Origin: Harriotta raleighana
Lineage: Eukaryota
DNA length: 64,000 bases
NCBI GenBank assembly: GCA_050575255.1
Contig: JBNZDD010013672.1
Span: forward strand, 3,045,475-3,109,474
Reading direction: 5' to 3'
Each line of letters starts with the position of its first letter. Position 1 is the first letter of the stretch. Under the pieces are notes generated by a model. That model worked only from the letters and a program-made list of their open reading frames with translations, did no database searches and was not told the origin of the DNA. This document shows positions 1 to 13,100 of this stretch, piece after piece. The translations under genes were made by a program, and so were the position numbers.

Positions 1-534
1 CCATTTGTATAATACCTTTCACGTCTGGAGGATGTCCCAAGGCACTGAAAAGATACAGAACAATGATATTTTCCCTTATACTGCCTGTCTTACGACAATC
101 CATCTGTGTACTGAATTGAAATGTCATTAGCCTTATTGCAATCCCTCCTCTTTCCGAGCTGAGTCACTGTATTTAAAGGTGATGCACTGAAGCTCCTTTC
201 ACCTTCCATCTGGAACTCTTTCCCCAAATCTCTCTATTTCTCTGCCTTGCTACTTCCTTTTCTACTTTGAAATCCCACGTAAACATTTGATTCTTTCATT
301 GCACTTTTGGCTATCTCTCTTCCTTTCTCTCATCACTAACCCTTGCTCCTCCCTTTCAGTTTGGATTCCCACTTAATCTTTGTAAAGGGCTTTGAGATGT
401 TCTGGCAAACTGACAACCTGGCTGAGTTGGAAACACTCACAGATCCAAATTGGAAGGTTTGGATTGAAGCCCCATGCCATGAATTTCAACTCCCAAGTCT
501 AGGTTGAGCCTCCAGTGCATGTGTGTGGATGTTC

Positions 535-923
535 TCGATTTGAAGATCCTCACTCTTCTTTTCAAATCTCTCCACTCCTCTGCACCCTCCTACCTCTCTG
601 ATCTCCTCTCTCCCCAACACAGCACCCGTTGCCTTCGTTCCTCCGGTTCTGGTCTCCTCCTTTTCCCCCCGAATCCTCCGTTCCACTATCAGCGGCTGTG
701 CCTTCAGCCACTATGCCCCAAAGCTCTGGAACTCCCTTCCTCACTCCCTTTGCCTCGCCCCCTCTCTTCCTAGTTTCAGGTCTCAGCTGAAGACCTTTCT
801 TTTCGACCGCGCCTTCGGTCACCTTTTTCCCCTCCCCCTGGCTTGGGCCAGGGATCCATTATTGCAAAGTGCTCTGAGACGGCGTATGGCGTGGAGGGCG
901 CTATAAAAATCGAAGTTGTTGTT
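535..923 (+). mobile_element. L2-clade LINE 3' fragment
   Basis: Translates KILTLLFKSLHSSAPSYLSDLL (L2 ORF2 C-terminus); tail GGCGCTATAAAAAT...(GTT)n. Confidence 0.75.
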
Positions 924-949
924 GGAGTGGTGGGGTGGAGGGGGGAGAG

Positions 950-1222
950 AAGACTCCAATCTTCCTTCAAATGAGACATTAAGTTAATGGCAAAAAGCAA
1001 TGGTAGTGTCTTCTGTTGTCCTGGCCAATAGTCCCCCAAATAATATTGGTCATTCACTGGAGGCTTTTTGTGGAATATTGCTCTGCACCAATTGGTTGAG
1101 ATGTTCCACCTATACAAATACACAATCAATGCACTTTGCAGTAGTTCCAATGAAGCTCTTTCAGATATCCTACTGATGTGAAAGGCACTGAATCAAATGC
1201 AATCATTATTATTGTTATTATT
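950..1222 (+). mobile_element. Old DeuSINE-type SINE fragment
   Basis: Deu-like motifs ATGAGACATTAA, TGTCCTGGCCAATA and TTTGTGGAATATTGCT, then an (ATT)n tail. Confidence 0.55.
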
Positions 1223-2302
1223 AATGTAAAGAGCATTGTGTAAATTGTTGCTGGTGGTGTCCGAGCACCTGATGTGGACAATTGAATGGGAAACGTCGGA
1301 AGCCCGAGCATTTACTAAAATCACCCCAAGTACAGTACCAACATAAAGGCAGTAAATGCTCCTTTTCCTTATCCATATAACTGCATATTAGTGGCCTATT
1401 ATAATTGCACCAACTCCAATGCTTTGGTCTATGTCATTAACTTGAATGTTGTTGGTGAGTGTCAAGTGCTAGCGTGCACTAACAGTAGACTTGCTTTAGT
1501 TTTTAGTTTGTGGTTGTAAATGCGGTACATTCTGCAACTCATGAGTTGTGCCAAGCCCTCGGGATATTTTTTTGGAATGATAACAAGCGTGGCTGGGAGA
1601 TCACTTTACTCCCATCGCTTCATTGTCATTTAATAGCCTTAGTTCCTTTTGAAGGTGGCCCAGATGAAGCTGATTAACTCCATTTGAAACTGTTTGAAGT
1701 TTCGCCTCTCCTTCTCCACATATTAGTTCTGCCTTGTCTTAGCTTCCACAGAGGTAATTGGTAGATTGATCTCACTGTCAGAGAGACTTTTAATATTGTG
1801 GGGCCCTTTGACTAAACATAACCATTCATTAGGAAGGATACCGAGGGGGTTATTTTCCACTTGCTGGTGAGTATAACAAAATATAATTACCTGACAATAT
1901 AAGCCCAATTGGGGGTCCAAAAGCTTGCCTCTAGGACCATTCTGTCTTGAAATTGTGAAAAATTTGGTCATCATTTGAAAGCCCCATGTCATGATTTTGA
2001 CAACGCTGTCACATTTGCCTACAAATACACACTCACTACTCTTCACAGTGAAGTCCAGTCAGATGCCTTGACAATATGATAATCAATTGTGAATATTATT
2101 AAGGATTATTATTATTTTTAAGAAATGCAGAACTGGCCTCAAATTTTAAAACAAAATGACCCTACTTTCTTTATTTGAAGATTGTGCAAAATTTTGAAAA
2201 ATTCTTAAATCAGATCTTGCTTTGGTGCGTTATTAGTATTGGATTAGTATCAGTTCGTCCTAACATGAAAAACGCTACAAAAATATAATTTTCTTGTTGA
2301 TG

Positions 2303-2625
2303 TTGATTCCTGGCCAAGGCAGAACCTTAGGCAAGTTTCTTTACTCCACACACTTCTGTTTACTTCACAGTAAATAGAAACCAAGTTGATAGTCGATTGG
2401 TGGATAACTTTTCCATGGGTAATAATGATTCAAAATATTAAGATGAATATTAATAAAATAATAATATTTTGATCACTGAATCCATTACTATTTGTGGGAC
2501 ACTCTATGAATAATTGGCTGCCATGTTATGCCCACATGATACTTGTATAGGTGGAACATCTCAGCCAATTCACTTTACATTATATTCCGTAAAGCACTTT
2601 GAGACATCTAGAAGAGCTATGTTAA
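2303..2625 (+). mobile_element. tRNA-derived SINE, long variant, degraded
   Basis: GGCAAGTTTCTTTACTCCACA followed by the extra segment CTGTTTAC..CAGTAAATAGAAACC, then the common 3' body. Confidence 0.65.
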
Positions 2626-2647
2626 TATAACTGCATTGAAAAATGGG

Positions 2648-2990
2648 AATAATAATAATAATGGTTGTTGCATTTGATACAGAGCTATTTGCGTCTTCTA
2701 GACGTTTCAAAGTGTTTCATAGGGTACACTATCAAGTGAATTGACTATATATATCTGTGGGAAAAACATGGCAGCCCATTGCGCACAGCTGTGTCCCACA
2801 AACAGTCATGGATTGAAATGATCAATTTATTATTGTTTTTTTAGGGATAGTTATTAGGCATGTAGAGTAAGAAAATGTGCCCAAGGTTTCATCCTGCCTG
2901 GAATTGAACCCAGGTCTCTCGCTAGTAAGTCGAATGCTCTTACGGTTGCTCTAACGGTTAGAGTCTAACCACTGAACTACAGGACACCAC
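2648..2990 (-). mobile_element. tRNA-derived SINE (abundant family)
   Basis: Reverse complement of the family consensus from the (AAT)n tail to CTAACCACTGAACTACAGGAC. Confidence 0.8.
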
Positions 2991-3848
2991 ATATGTCTAA
3001 ATGTCTAAAGCTTCATTTTGCGAATTCCTTTCCTTTCGAACCTTCTGCCACTGTATTTTTCATATCAAATACAGGAAGTAATACTCTGAATTCCACTTCC
3101 ACTTAGCTTGTGGGACCATTGTATCTTAGAATATAAGATCGCTCATCAGAATTTAAGAAAATTCTTACATATTATCAATTTCCATACTTTTTAGAATCAA
3201 CAATTGATTGAAGATTATGTAGTATTTTAACTATAATGCAGGGACCCAAACCACTATACTCAAGTGGTTTTCTGTTCAACGGCTGGACTTGTTCCTTTTG
3301 GCTCGTTCCCAGGAATTTGCTGTAAAAGTAGCAGGTCACAAACCACAAAGTACTAGAGAAAACGAAGAGGGAAGAGCAGATTCCTTACTAGCCAGCAGTT
3401 AGAAGTAATTCCTCTGGTGTACAACTCCCAAGTTTGGTGTAACTTTAACACCAACGCATTTATATAGCGCTCTTCACATAGGGTAATCTCCCAGAGCCTT
3501 TTAGAGGGACACGATTGAATGCTAAACAGGAGAGAGGGGGAGGTGGCCTGCTCGAAGAGGTAACAAATTACATTGTTATAGTCCCTCTCACCTTGAGAGG
3601 AAGTCCCAAGGCACTGGGACGCAGAAATCTGGCCAACAGCTCTTCCAATGTTCCTCTCAGTCAAGTGATAAGGGGCAAGGGGTTGTGTGGGTGGGAAGTG
3701 GGTTTGCCAAGGCAAACCTTATTTCTTATTTCATAAGAAATGTCACTTTGATAACATATCCGCTTTATAAATCACAGAAGTAATAGCAACAATCCTTGCA
3801 TTTGAAATAACGCTTCATAGAGTATACTGAAAAGCAAATTGACTCCAG

Positions 3849-4150
3849 GTAGAATCCTGTAGCTCAGTGGTTAGAGAACTCACCTTATAAAGGAGAGACC
3901 CGGGATCAATTCCAGGCAGGAAAAAACCTTGGGTAGATTTCTTTACTCCACACGCCTAATAATAATAATCTCAAAAAAAAATTGGGCATTTTAATCCATG
4001 ATTATTTGTGGAACACTGCTGTGCGCTATTTGCTGCTGCATTTCACCCACATATGTACAGTCAGTTCACTTTACAGTATTCTGTGAAGTGCTTTGAGACG
4101 TCTAGAAGACGTGAAAAGCATTATATCAAATCAAGTATTATTATTATCAT
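3849..4150 (+). mobile_element. tRNA-derived SINE
   Basis: TCCTGTAGCTCAGTGGTTAGAG head (A box), DeuSINE-like 3' body, (ATT)n tail. Confidence 0.85.
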
Positions 4151-4272
4151 CAACAAAACACAAAATAATGTAGATGCTGGGAATCCAAAACAAAAGTTGC
4201 TGGGCAAACTCAGCAGGTAAGGCAGCATCCATGGAGAAAGGAAAGCGAGTCAACGTTTCGGATCCCGACCCA
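4151..4272 (-). mobile_element. Penelope-like element 3' retrocopy with 12-bp TSD
   Basis: GATGCTGG...CTCAGCAGG..AGGCAGCATC..AACGTTTCGG motif, flanked by TATTATTATCAT at 4139-4150 and 4273-4284. Confidence 0.65.
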
Positions 4273-4792
4273 TATTATTATCATTTTGCACAAGAAAATG
4301 TTGCCTTGATAGGCAATATAACTGGATTTTCCCCGATTATAAAGAAGTTAAGGAAGCTATTGCTCATAAGATTATTATCTTGTCTGTTTGGTAATATTAC
4401 TTATGTAGAAATCTCAGTCTGGTTTGAATACTCTTAAGTATGGTGATGAGTTTCCACATGTGTTCAGCCCAAAATAAAAGTGTAAAGTAAGATTTTGAAA
4501 AAACAGATGCATGATTACCTTTACATCAAATACTTAACCAGCATATAAACAGTAGTCAACATAGCTTTGCAAATGTGTGTATATGTCCTTGGCCAGAGAT
4601 TGACATGAGCAGGTTAGTATAATTAAGCATTGTGTGCTCATATCTCTTTAAAAGCAGTTGCCAATTTTAAATTTAAGCAAGTAATGTAGAACTAGATAGA
4701 ATGATGATGCCTTGGCCAACTAGTCTGTGCCATACAAGCACCCACTCCTCCCACTCCCCTTACCTTTGCCCTTTTATTTCCTTCTTCCTCAT

Positions 4793-5109
4793 TTAGCTCA
4801 GTGGTTAGAGCACTCACCTCACAAGCATGAGGCCTGTGTTTGATTTCAGGCAGGTCAGGACAAAACCTAGGGCAAGTTTCCTTATTCTACACACCTAATA
4901 ATAATCCCTCCAAAAAAATAATAATTTTTTTTAATTGCTCATTTCAATCCAGGACTGTTTGTGGATCATTGCGGTGCGCAATTGACTGCCGTGTTTCTCC
5001 CACAAATATACAGTCAACTCACTTTACAATATATTCGGTGAAGCATTTTAAGAAGTTAAGAAGATGTGAAAAGTGCTATACCAAATGCAAGGATCATTAT
5101 TATTATTAT
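4793..5109 (+). mobile_element. tRNA-derived SINE
   Basis: TAGCTCAGTGGTTAGAGCACTC head through the AAATGCAAGGAT..(ATT)n tail. Confidence 0.85.
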
Positions 5110-5409
5110 AAAATGTTCTCTTTGTCAAAACATTGATTGTACTTTTGTTACTTTTCACTTCAACCACATCTTAGGAGTAGGGAGTTCCACATTCTCAACA
5201 CACTCTGCATGAAGAAGTCTATTAGCTCCTTCCAAAGAAAGGCAATGAAAGATCAAATTATCTGGTTCACATTGATGTATCGTGACTCATGAAGTACTGT
5301 AGTATCCCTAAATATTTTGTTGTGTGGAGCACAACAGTGCCAGTAGTTTGGGTTTTGGATATGAAGGATTGCTTTGATAGATGGCCAAGATCTTACATGT
5401 GTTTCGTGG

Positions 5410-5657
5410 AACAAAAGATTTTTCCACGCAGCGAGTTGTTCAGATCTGGAATGCATTGTCTGAAAAGGTGGTGGAAGCCGATTCAAAAACAACTTTTAAG
5501 AGAGAACTTGATAGATATTTGGGGAGGACAAGTTTGCAAGGCTATGGGGAAAGAGTGGTGGGATTGAGATTGATTTGTCAGATCTTTTCAAAGAGATGGC
5601 ACAGACATGATCGGCCGAATTGCCTCCTTCTGTGCTGTATAATTCTAGGATTCTATG
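5410..5657 (+). mobile_element. CR1 LINE 3' end
   Basis: FSTQRVVQIWNALSEKVVEADS peptide plus the CR1-type tail GGCCGAAT..CCTCCTTCTGTGCTGTA..ATTCTA. Confidence 0.75.
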
Positions 5658-5874
5658 GAAAGTGTCCGTGCTCATTTTAACTGTGGGATGGATATGCATA
5701 ATCCAGATCTTCTGCTAGAGTATCAAACCAAATGAAGATGAATGGTTTGACCTCAGTGTTCGCACAAATACTTAGAATCTTTGCCTTTGAAATTGTTGGC
5801 CTCTAATTAACTAGTCGTATAAAAGCTATGTTAAACTTTGCCGCAATAACTGTTCCAAATAACCGTTCCAAACT

Positions 5875-6325
5875 CCGTAATCCCATCTCCCCCATCCTTG
5901 CCTGACTGCATTGGCTCCCCATCATCCAGAAGATCCAATTCAAGATCCTGATCCTCACATTTAAAGCCTCACACAACCTCGCCTCACCCTACATCCGTGA
6001 TCTCCTATCCCCTTACCAACCTGCCTGCCCCCTCCGCTCAACAGGCTCTGGCCTGCTTCACGTCACCCGACCCATCTGCCCCACCATTTGCAGGCGAGCC
6101 TTTAGCCACTCTACCCCCAACCTCTAGAACTTCATCCCGCAGTCTCTCCGCCTCACCCCCTCCTTCAAGTCTCACCTCAAGACTCTCCTCTTCGATGGAC
6201 CCATCAGCAACTCCTAATCCCCCCCTTCCTCTCGTCCTCAACTCGGGTCTGAAGCAAGTGACTGTCCAGAGCCTTGGGACGTCCTCCTGACGTGAAAGGC
6301 ACTGTACAAGTGTAATTTTGTTGTT
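5875..6325 (+). mobile_element. L2-clade LINE 3' fragment
   Basis: ISPILAxLHWLP...IQFKIL-type decayed ORF2; tail GGGACGTCCTCCTGACGTGAAAGGCAC..(TTG)n. Confidence 0.75.
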
Positions 6326-6596
6326 TTAAATGGGTTACATTTTAGGCATTTAATAACATGTACCTCAGATTAATTAACACAAGGAACAATTAACACATAT
6401 CTTCCACCGGCTCTCATTGCAATTGCTCCAGCCATAATTGTTCAGATACGAATAAGACTCCAGATGGCATGAAAGGAAAGATTTCATGAATCCTACTTGT
6501 GTTGTTGTGAACATTCCTAAGAGTGATTCCTGTCTTTGGACAAATGGGTCGGAGTGGCCAAAAAATGGTGCCATGGATCTGGATCGATCAAATTGC

Positions 6597-6916
6597 TCCT
6601 GTAGCTCAGTGGTTAGAGCACTCGCCTTACAAGTCTGAGACCCGTGATTGAATTCAGGCAGATTAGGGCGAAACCTTGGGCAAGTTTCCTTTCTCCACAT
6701 GCCTAATAATAATCCCTCCAAAAAAAGCAGCAATAATAAAATTGGTCATTTCAATTCACGATTGTTTGTGGGACACTGCTGTGCGCAATTGGCTGCTGCG
6801 TTTTGCTCACAAATCTACAGTCAATTCACTTTAGAGTGCATTCTGTGAAGCGCTTTGAGACGTCGATAAAATGTGAAAAGCGCTATATCAAATGCAAGGA
6901 TTATTATTAATTATTA
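6597..6916 (+). mobile_element. tRNA-derived SINE, near full length
   Basis: Head GTAGCTCAGTGGTTAGAGCACTCGCCTTACAAG, body TGTTTGTGGGACACTGCTGTGCGCAATTGGCTGC, (ATT)n tail. Confidence 0.88.
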
Positions 6917-7039
6917 TAAATTTCATCTCCATTCCTATCTTGCTGAGTCGAACATCTTTATTACACCAATGACTCTGAGCTCTGTTGATGTGCTGCCTTC
7001 TGCTAATACACTCATGTGCCCTCCCTTTGTTTCTTTCAG

Positions 7040-7165
7040 AGTCGACCGTCTTTATTCCTCAGTCTTCCTACACCGTTGAGGAAGATGCTGGTGAGCTTCT
7101 GATACCAATCAGGAGGACAGGAGACGTGAGCCAGGAGCTGATGATTCTCTGCTACACACATCAAG
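7040..7165 (+). CDS. FREM2: FREM2 exon 5-equivalent (Calx-beta 2, first half)
   Basis: tttcag|AGTCG...CAAG|gtaag, 126 nt; [43 protein letters not shown]. Confidence 0.93.
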
Positions 7166-10100
7166 GTAAGTGATTGTCTGCCCTGTCAATTAACCCTCCA
7201 GAGCAACAAGCTACAACAACAACAAAATTACACTTGTAGAGCGCCTTTCACTTCCGGAGGACGTCTCAAGGCACTGAGGTGGTATGTACAAACCACCAGC
7301 TGTAAGAGAGATTTAGGGGTGTAAATTGAGTCATCGTTCTCTATGTTTAAAATAGTGTGAGGCAGCAGTTTTGCCAAGTCTATTGAGTTCCCAACCCAGC
7401 CTGTATTTAGGCTATACAGTGCTCTGGTCAGACAATACTTAAGAGTTTTAGCATACAGTTCTGGTCGAAGTGACAGAAGAGATCTGCCCAATTTAGATGT
7501 TTAAAAGATAGATATAAGAACCTGTTTGGAGAAAAGGTGAAGTGGGATTTCATCATCTGCCATGATCTAACGACCTGGTAAACAGACTTGATGGGCCAAA
7601 TGACTTCCATCTTCTTGAGTCATCATCTTGAGCTATTTGTGCCCAGAAATATATAGTCAATTCACTTTACAGTATATTCTGTGAAGCGCTTTGGGACGTT
7701 GATAAGATGTGAAAAGCGCTATATCAAATGCAAGGATTATTATTATTATTAGGAAGGAAGATAATCTCTGAGGTTTCCGATGAAAATGAAAAAACACAAC
7801 AGCTGCACCACAGGGCGAGGCTCATGTGTCTCACATCCCATTTCATCTCTCGGCTAGTGCAATATAATAGCAGTATTACAGCACCCTACAGTTCAGCCCA
7901 TCAAGGGGATGTGGAGAATTGATACCAATTAGAGACACGATACACAGCAAACAAAAACTCCTTTAAGACTATTTTTGTGAGATTTTGTTTTAGATCTTCT
8001 CAGAGCTGCTGGTTTGCAATTTCCAAATATACACACACAATAACCTCTTAATATAAATAATCCTTGCATTTGAGACAGCACCTTTCACATCCGGAGCATG
8101 CCTCAAAGCACTTCACAGGATTTACCATAAAGTGTAGTTACTCTGGCGGCGAATTCAGCAGCCAATTTGCACGCAGAGGTATCCGACAAACAGCTTCTTG
8201 TATATTTCTGGACATCACTGAAGAAGAATCCTCGCATTTGATATAGCGCCTTATCATTTTGTTGAGATGTCTCAAAGCTAGTCTGTGAAATGGGACTGAC
8301 TGGGTATTTTGTGGGCGAAATGTGTGTCACAGAATCTGTGACTTTTTTTTGTGTGAGTGTGGATTTGATTGCCTGCTCATGAGCACTGGGTGATGTGCTG
8401 GTGTAACACGTGTATTTCATTCTTATGCTAACAACCCCAGCCAAGTTAACTTAAATCATTAAATTGAATGATAAGGCACTGAAAAGGGCTATTTATTCAA
8501 TTAGTCCATGTTGGTGTTTATACTCCTCTTGAGTCCCCACTCCTATTCCCTTCACCTATTACCCTCTATTCCCTTCTCCTTCATATGTGTGTCATATTTT
8601 CTTAAATACATTGATGCTATTTGCTTCACAACAGTTTCAAATAGTGAGTTCCACATTCTTACCACCCACTGCGTGAAGAAGTTCCTGTTAAATTCACTAT
8701 TAGATTTATCACTGGCTATCTTAATTTGATACCCTCTAGTTTGGGACTCACTAACAAGTGCAAACCTCTTATCAAATCCTTATCATAATTCTGGACATAT
8801 CTATCAGGTTCCCACTCAATCATCTGAACTCCAGAGACAATAGCTGCAACCTGTCCAATCTTTCTTGATAGCTGCATCCACTCATTGTGGAGTCCTGTAG
8901 CTCGATGATTAGAGCACTCGCTTTACAAGCATGAGACCTGTGTTCATATCCAGGCAGATCAGGGCGAAATCATGGGCAATTTTGCTTACTCCACACTCCT
9001 AATAATAATCCCTCCAAAAAAAACACAATAAAAAAATGGTCATTTCAATCCACGACTGTTTGTGGGATACTGCTGTGCGCAATTGGTTGCCACGTTTCGC
9101 CCACAAATAAACAGTCAATTCACTTTACAATATGTTCTATGAAGCACTTTGAGACGTCTCAAAGACGTGATAAATTGCTATATCAAATGCAAGGATTATT
9201 ATTATTCATTGAGGGGCAGTATCTTGGAGCGTTTGATAGTACAGTACAAAATTGTTTCCAATAATATGCTGACGAGTACAGTACAACATTTTTTCCATTA
9301 ATATGCTGACGAGAACGGTGCACAATATTCCAAAAACACTAAATTCTGCAGATGCTGGAAATCTGAAACTAAAACAGAAATTGCTGGGAATACTCAGCAG
9401 GTCAGGTAGACAATATTCCAAGCAATTATAGTGCTTGAGATGTACTTCCAACCTATATAAATGTATATTGTACATATTGCCTACTGAGACATCAGATGTT
9501 GAGAAGATAGATTGAAACCCTTCCTCTGTTTTAAATTGCCATCACTGCCTTTCCTCTTAGCTCCACTTTCACTGTTTTGTGCTTATCTAGTTTCATTCTT
9601 TCCATCCCAATGTCTCCACTTCATCTGCCGATGGCTTCAACTCCCATCCCTGCACTGTCATGTGTGTTTTTCCTCAGGGCTCGGTCCTCTGTCCTATAGC
9701 TCAATGTTCGGAGGACTCGCAAGCGAGAGACCAAAGTTTGATTTACAGGAGGGCGAAACCTTGGAAGTTTCCTGATAATAATCCCTCAAGAAAAAAAACA
9801 GTAATAAAAATTGGTCATTTCAATCCACAATTGTTTGTGGGACACTGCTGTGCACCATTGGCTGCCATGTTTTGTCCACAAATATGCAATCAATTCACTT
9901 TACAGTATATATTGTGAAACGCTTTGAGATGTCTAGAAGACTTAAAAGCGCTATATCTAATGCAAGGATTATTATATAGCACCTTTCATGTCAGAAGAAT
10001 GTCTCAAAACACTTAGCTCTGCTGCCTTGGGGTGGAAGTTCAGGGGGTTGAGAAGCAAAAAGATAACCAAATGGTGATAGGAGTATAATTTGAGGTGGAT

Positions 10101-13100
10101 CTTGAACAAAGAGAGGAAGGAAGTGAGTCGGAGGGAATCCAGAATGGAGAGAAACCCATTATTATATGGCAGATATGAAGTGGAGACATAAAAGTATACA
10201 TAATGAAAGGGAAAAAACAATGGAAACACTCTGATCAATGTTCATCCAATCAAATGCATTCATAACCATAATGTAAGAGGAAATTAAGCCATTCTCTCTG
10301 TTTTGCCCATGATTGATCATATTCTTTTTACAGCCGGTCGGATTCCCTGTACTTAAGGCTGAAAAACATCACCATGAGCAGAGTTCAGAAGACGAGCCTC
10401 TGGTGTAAAACTCTTAAATTAACTGCAGCCCACAGAGAGAAATATTAGTGAATTATTGATGGAAGCCTGAAGCTCATTCAGTAATTGGAAATGCCAAGCT
10501 AAATCCTACTCACAGTAGGTTTGGCTTGATTTTATTTTAGTTTAAACATTGTTGCATCAGGGTTTAATACCCAGTTTACATGTGGCCATTTCTAATGCCA
10601 ATCCCAGTTGTACTTGGATGTGCCAGAGGCAAACTCCCCTGATATTGTTGGATATTAATAGGCTGTTTCCACTTGTTGCTGAGTCCAAAACAAGGGGACA
10701 TGAATACAAGATGGCCAGTAGTGGATTTAAAAGGGAATTCCCAAGTTCACAACTTCTTAATGCAGAGGGTGTTGAGAATGGAACTCACTATCAGAAGCAT
10801 AAACGCATCTAAGAGACATTTGTTGTGTGAGGGAGGACAGAATCCAGGCGTTTTACCAACATTTTGACTCATTTTGATTATTGGGGAGGAATTATGTGTA
10901 GGTCTGGATTTACTCTATTCTGCTCTATTTACCGCATAAATAGCTTCTGATGTCAATGGTACTGTACCAAAAGCAAGGATTTTTTTTTTTTAAATGTGTG
11001 TGTCACTCAATCCACCCCTGTTGTGGGACACTGCTGTATGTGTTTGGCTGCCATATTTCACTCACAAAATGCATCATCAATTCACTTTACAAAATATTCT
11101 GTGAAGCACTATGAGACATCTAAATGACGCAATAAGGCTCTATATCGCATGCAAGTACAGTAAAAGCCCATTTATCTGTGACTCGATGAACCGGAAAACC
11201 CGTTGAACCAACACCTCAAAAAAAGTCCAGATTCGATAAACCGGAAGTTATCCGGCAGAATAGCGATGACACATTTAATGAATCGATTGTCGTATGCGAG
11301 TACTGTGCCGGTATATAGGCTGGCCACTAGTCATCCTAAAGTTGCGCTACTGCTGTTTTTTTTAAAAGTCGCACTGCTATTTTGTTTTCCTCCCATTGCG
11401 ACCTTTGCAGAAGTTAAGTATAAATAATAAATACTAATACAATATTCTGTTATTAAAGTATCTGTTATTAGTGTATTTAATCTATTATTTATATAGTATT
11501 GTTCAACATTTACAATAAAGTAGCCATACATTATTCTGTTATAACGTAACTGTTATTACCGTATTTACTCTATTATTTTTTGGTGCAGTGTACAACATTT
11601 ACAATAAAATAGCCATACAATATTGTTATTATCTGTTATTATTTAGTCTATTATTAATATGTATGTGTTAAAATAATTTTTATTTTATAAAAACTGTTAT
11701 TTAAAAGAAACTATTCAACCGGAAAGTCATTTAACTGGCACTGGCCAGGTCCCATGGGTGCCGGATAAACAGGCTTTACTGTATTACTATTACATTTGTA
11801 ACATTTTAGAATCCAGAATTCGACAGATGCAGCTTTAACTTTGAAGTCAATTTCTCGTAAGAACTTTAGTACAACCTACTTCAAATTTAAGGCTGAATCC
11901 AATAATTTGCTAAATTCTGAGCGCTATAATAGGCTACATAAATCTATACGTGGGGAGAACTTCTCCCTGATGGTAAGTCTGAAATTGTCATTTCTGTAAC
12001 AGATAAAGATGGGCAGCACCACAATTGCAAACTACTGTATTTAGTTCCTGAAATGACATGAGAATATTGATTGAGAACAAATCAAGAGATTATTTGGCTG
12101 GGATTAGATGCTTGAGTGTGAAAGTCACCCTTTGATCCTTTTATTGCAGGTACTGCCACTGGGACCATCCCAACCACTGTGCTGTCCTATTCCGACTACA
12201 TCACCCGGTCCGAGGATCACAACAGTGTCATCCGCTTTGACAAGGATGAAACAGAGAAATTTTGCCGCATTGTCATCATTGACGACTCGCTGTACGAAAA
12301 CGAGGAGACTTTCAACATCACCCTGAGCATGCCCATGGGGGGCAAAATAGGAGAATTCCCTTCGGCTCAGATTATTATCCTGCCGGATGCAAACGACGGT
12401 AAGGCCTGATCTGTTCAGCTTCTTCCATCAGTGGGTGAACGTGGCAACTGGCCGGCAGGTATCTCTAAACTGGACCACTCTGACCCCATTGGAAATTCCT
12501 TCATTTTTCTTTAACACAATTGAATTAAGTTAAAATCGAAATCTGCAACTCGAGCAATGCAAGTCCCTGTTGCACTGTATGATGGGAGCGAGGAGTCTTC
12601 CCACTCAGCTCCTGTTAACCCTGCACTCTAAAACCCAGGAGGGTAGGATGTCCTTGCTTGACAGGCAGTGGGAAGCCGCTCTGTATTGTTAGCTGGTTAA
12701 ACTCCAGCAGTACCCCAATTCACACTCTGTGGTCCCCAAGTCTTAGCTCTTGCGAATCTACATCTGATACCCTCTGGAATTAGGTAAGCAGGATACAACC
12801 CGCTTTATAAGTGTAAGTTATTGTTCTCTTATTGAATAATGTCATAGGATCTTCACCATCCATCTGAACAGGCAGGCGGGACTCAATCTGATATCTAATC
12901 TGAAGCATGACATCTCCACACCTACTTTTGGTGTTTGGCTGAGTACATTAGCTCTGAGGAGGATGATGGACTTGGAAAAGCCAGGTTGTGTAAATTGGAG
13001 GGAGTTTAGCCTCTTAAGAGGTGCTTGGGTATGACGGTGTAGATGGACACAAGATTTTTTTTCTCATCTGACACTCCTTACAAGCAACAAAGTGGAAAGA

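Noticed and set aside
6597-6665. tRNA-like cloverleaf with a TAC (Val) anticodon, and similar heads elsewhere
   Set aside because: It is always fused to the SINE body and (ATT)n tail, the anticodon varies among copies (TAC/TGC/CAC), and the stems are degenerate. These are SINE heads, not tRNA genes.
1-7039. Possible upstream FREM2 exon 4 (Calx-beta 1)
   Set aside because: I found no matching peptide or splice-bounded frame; the region appears intronic.
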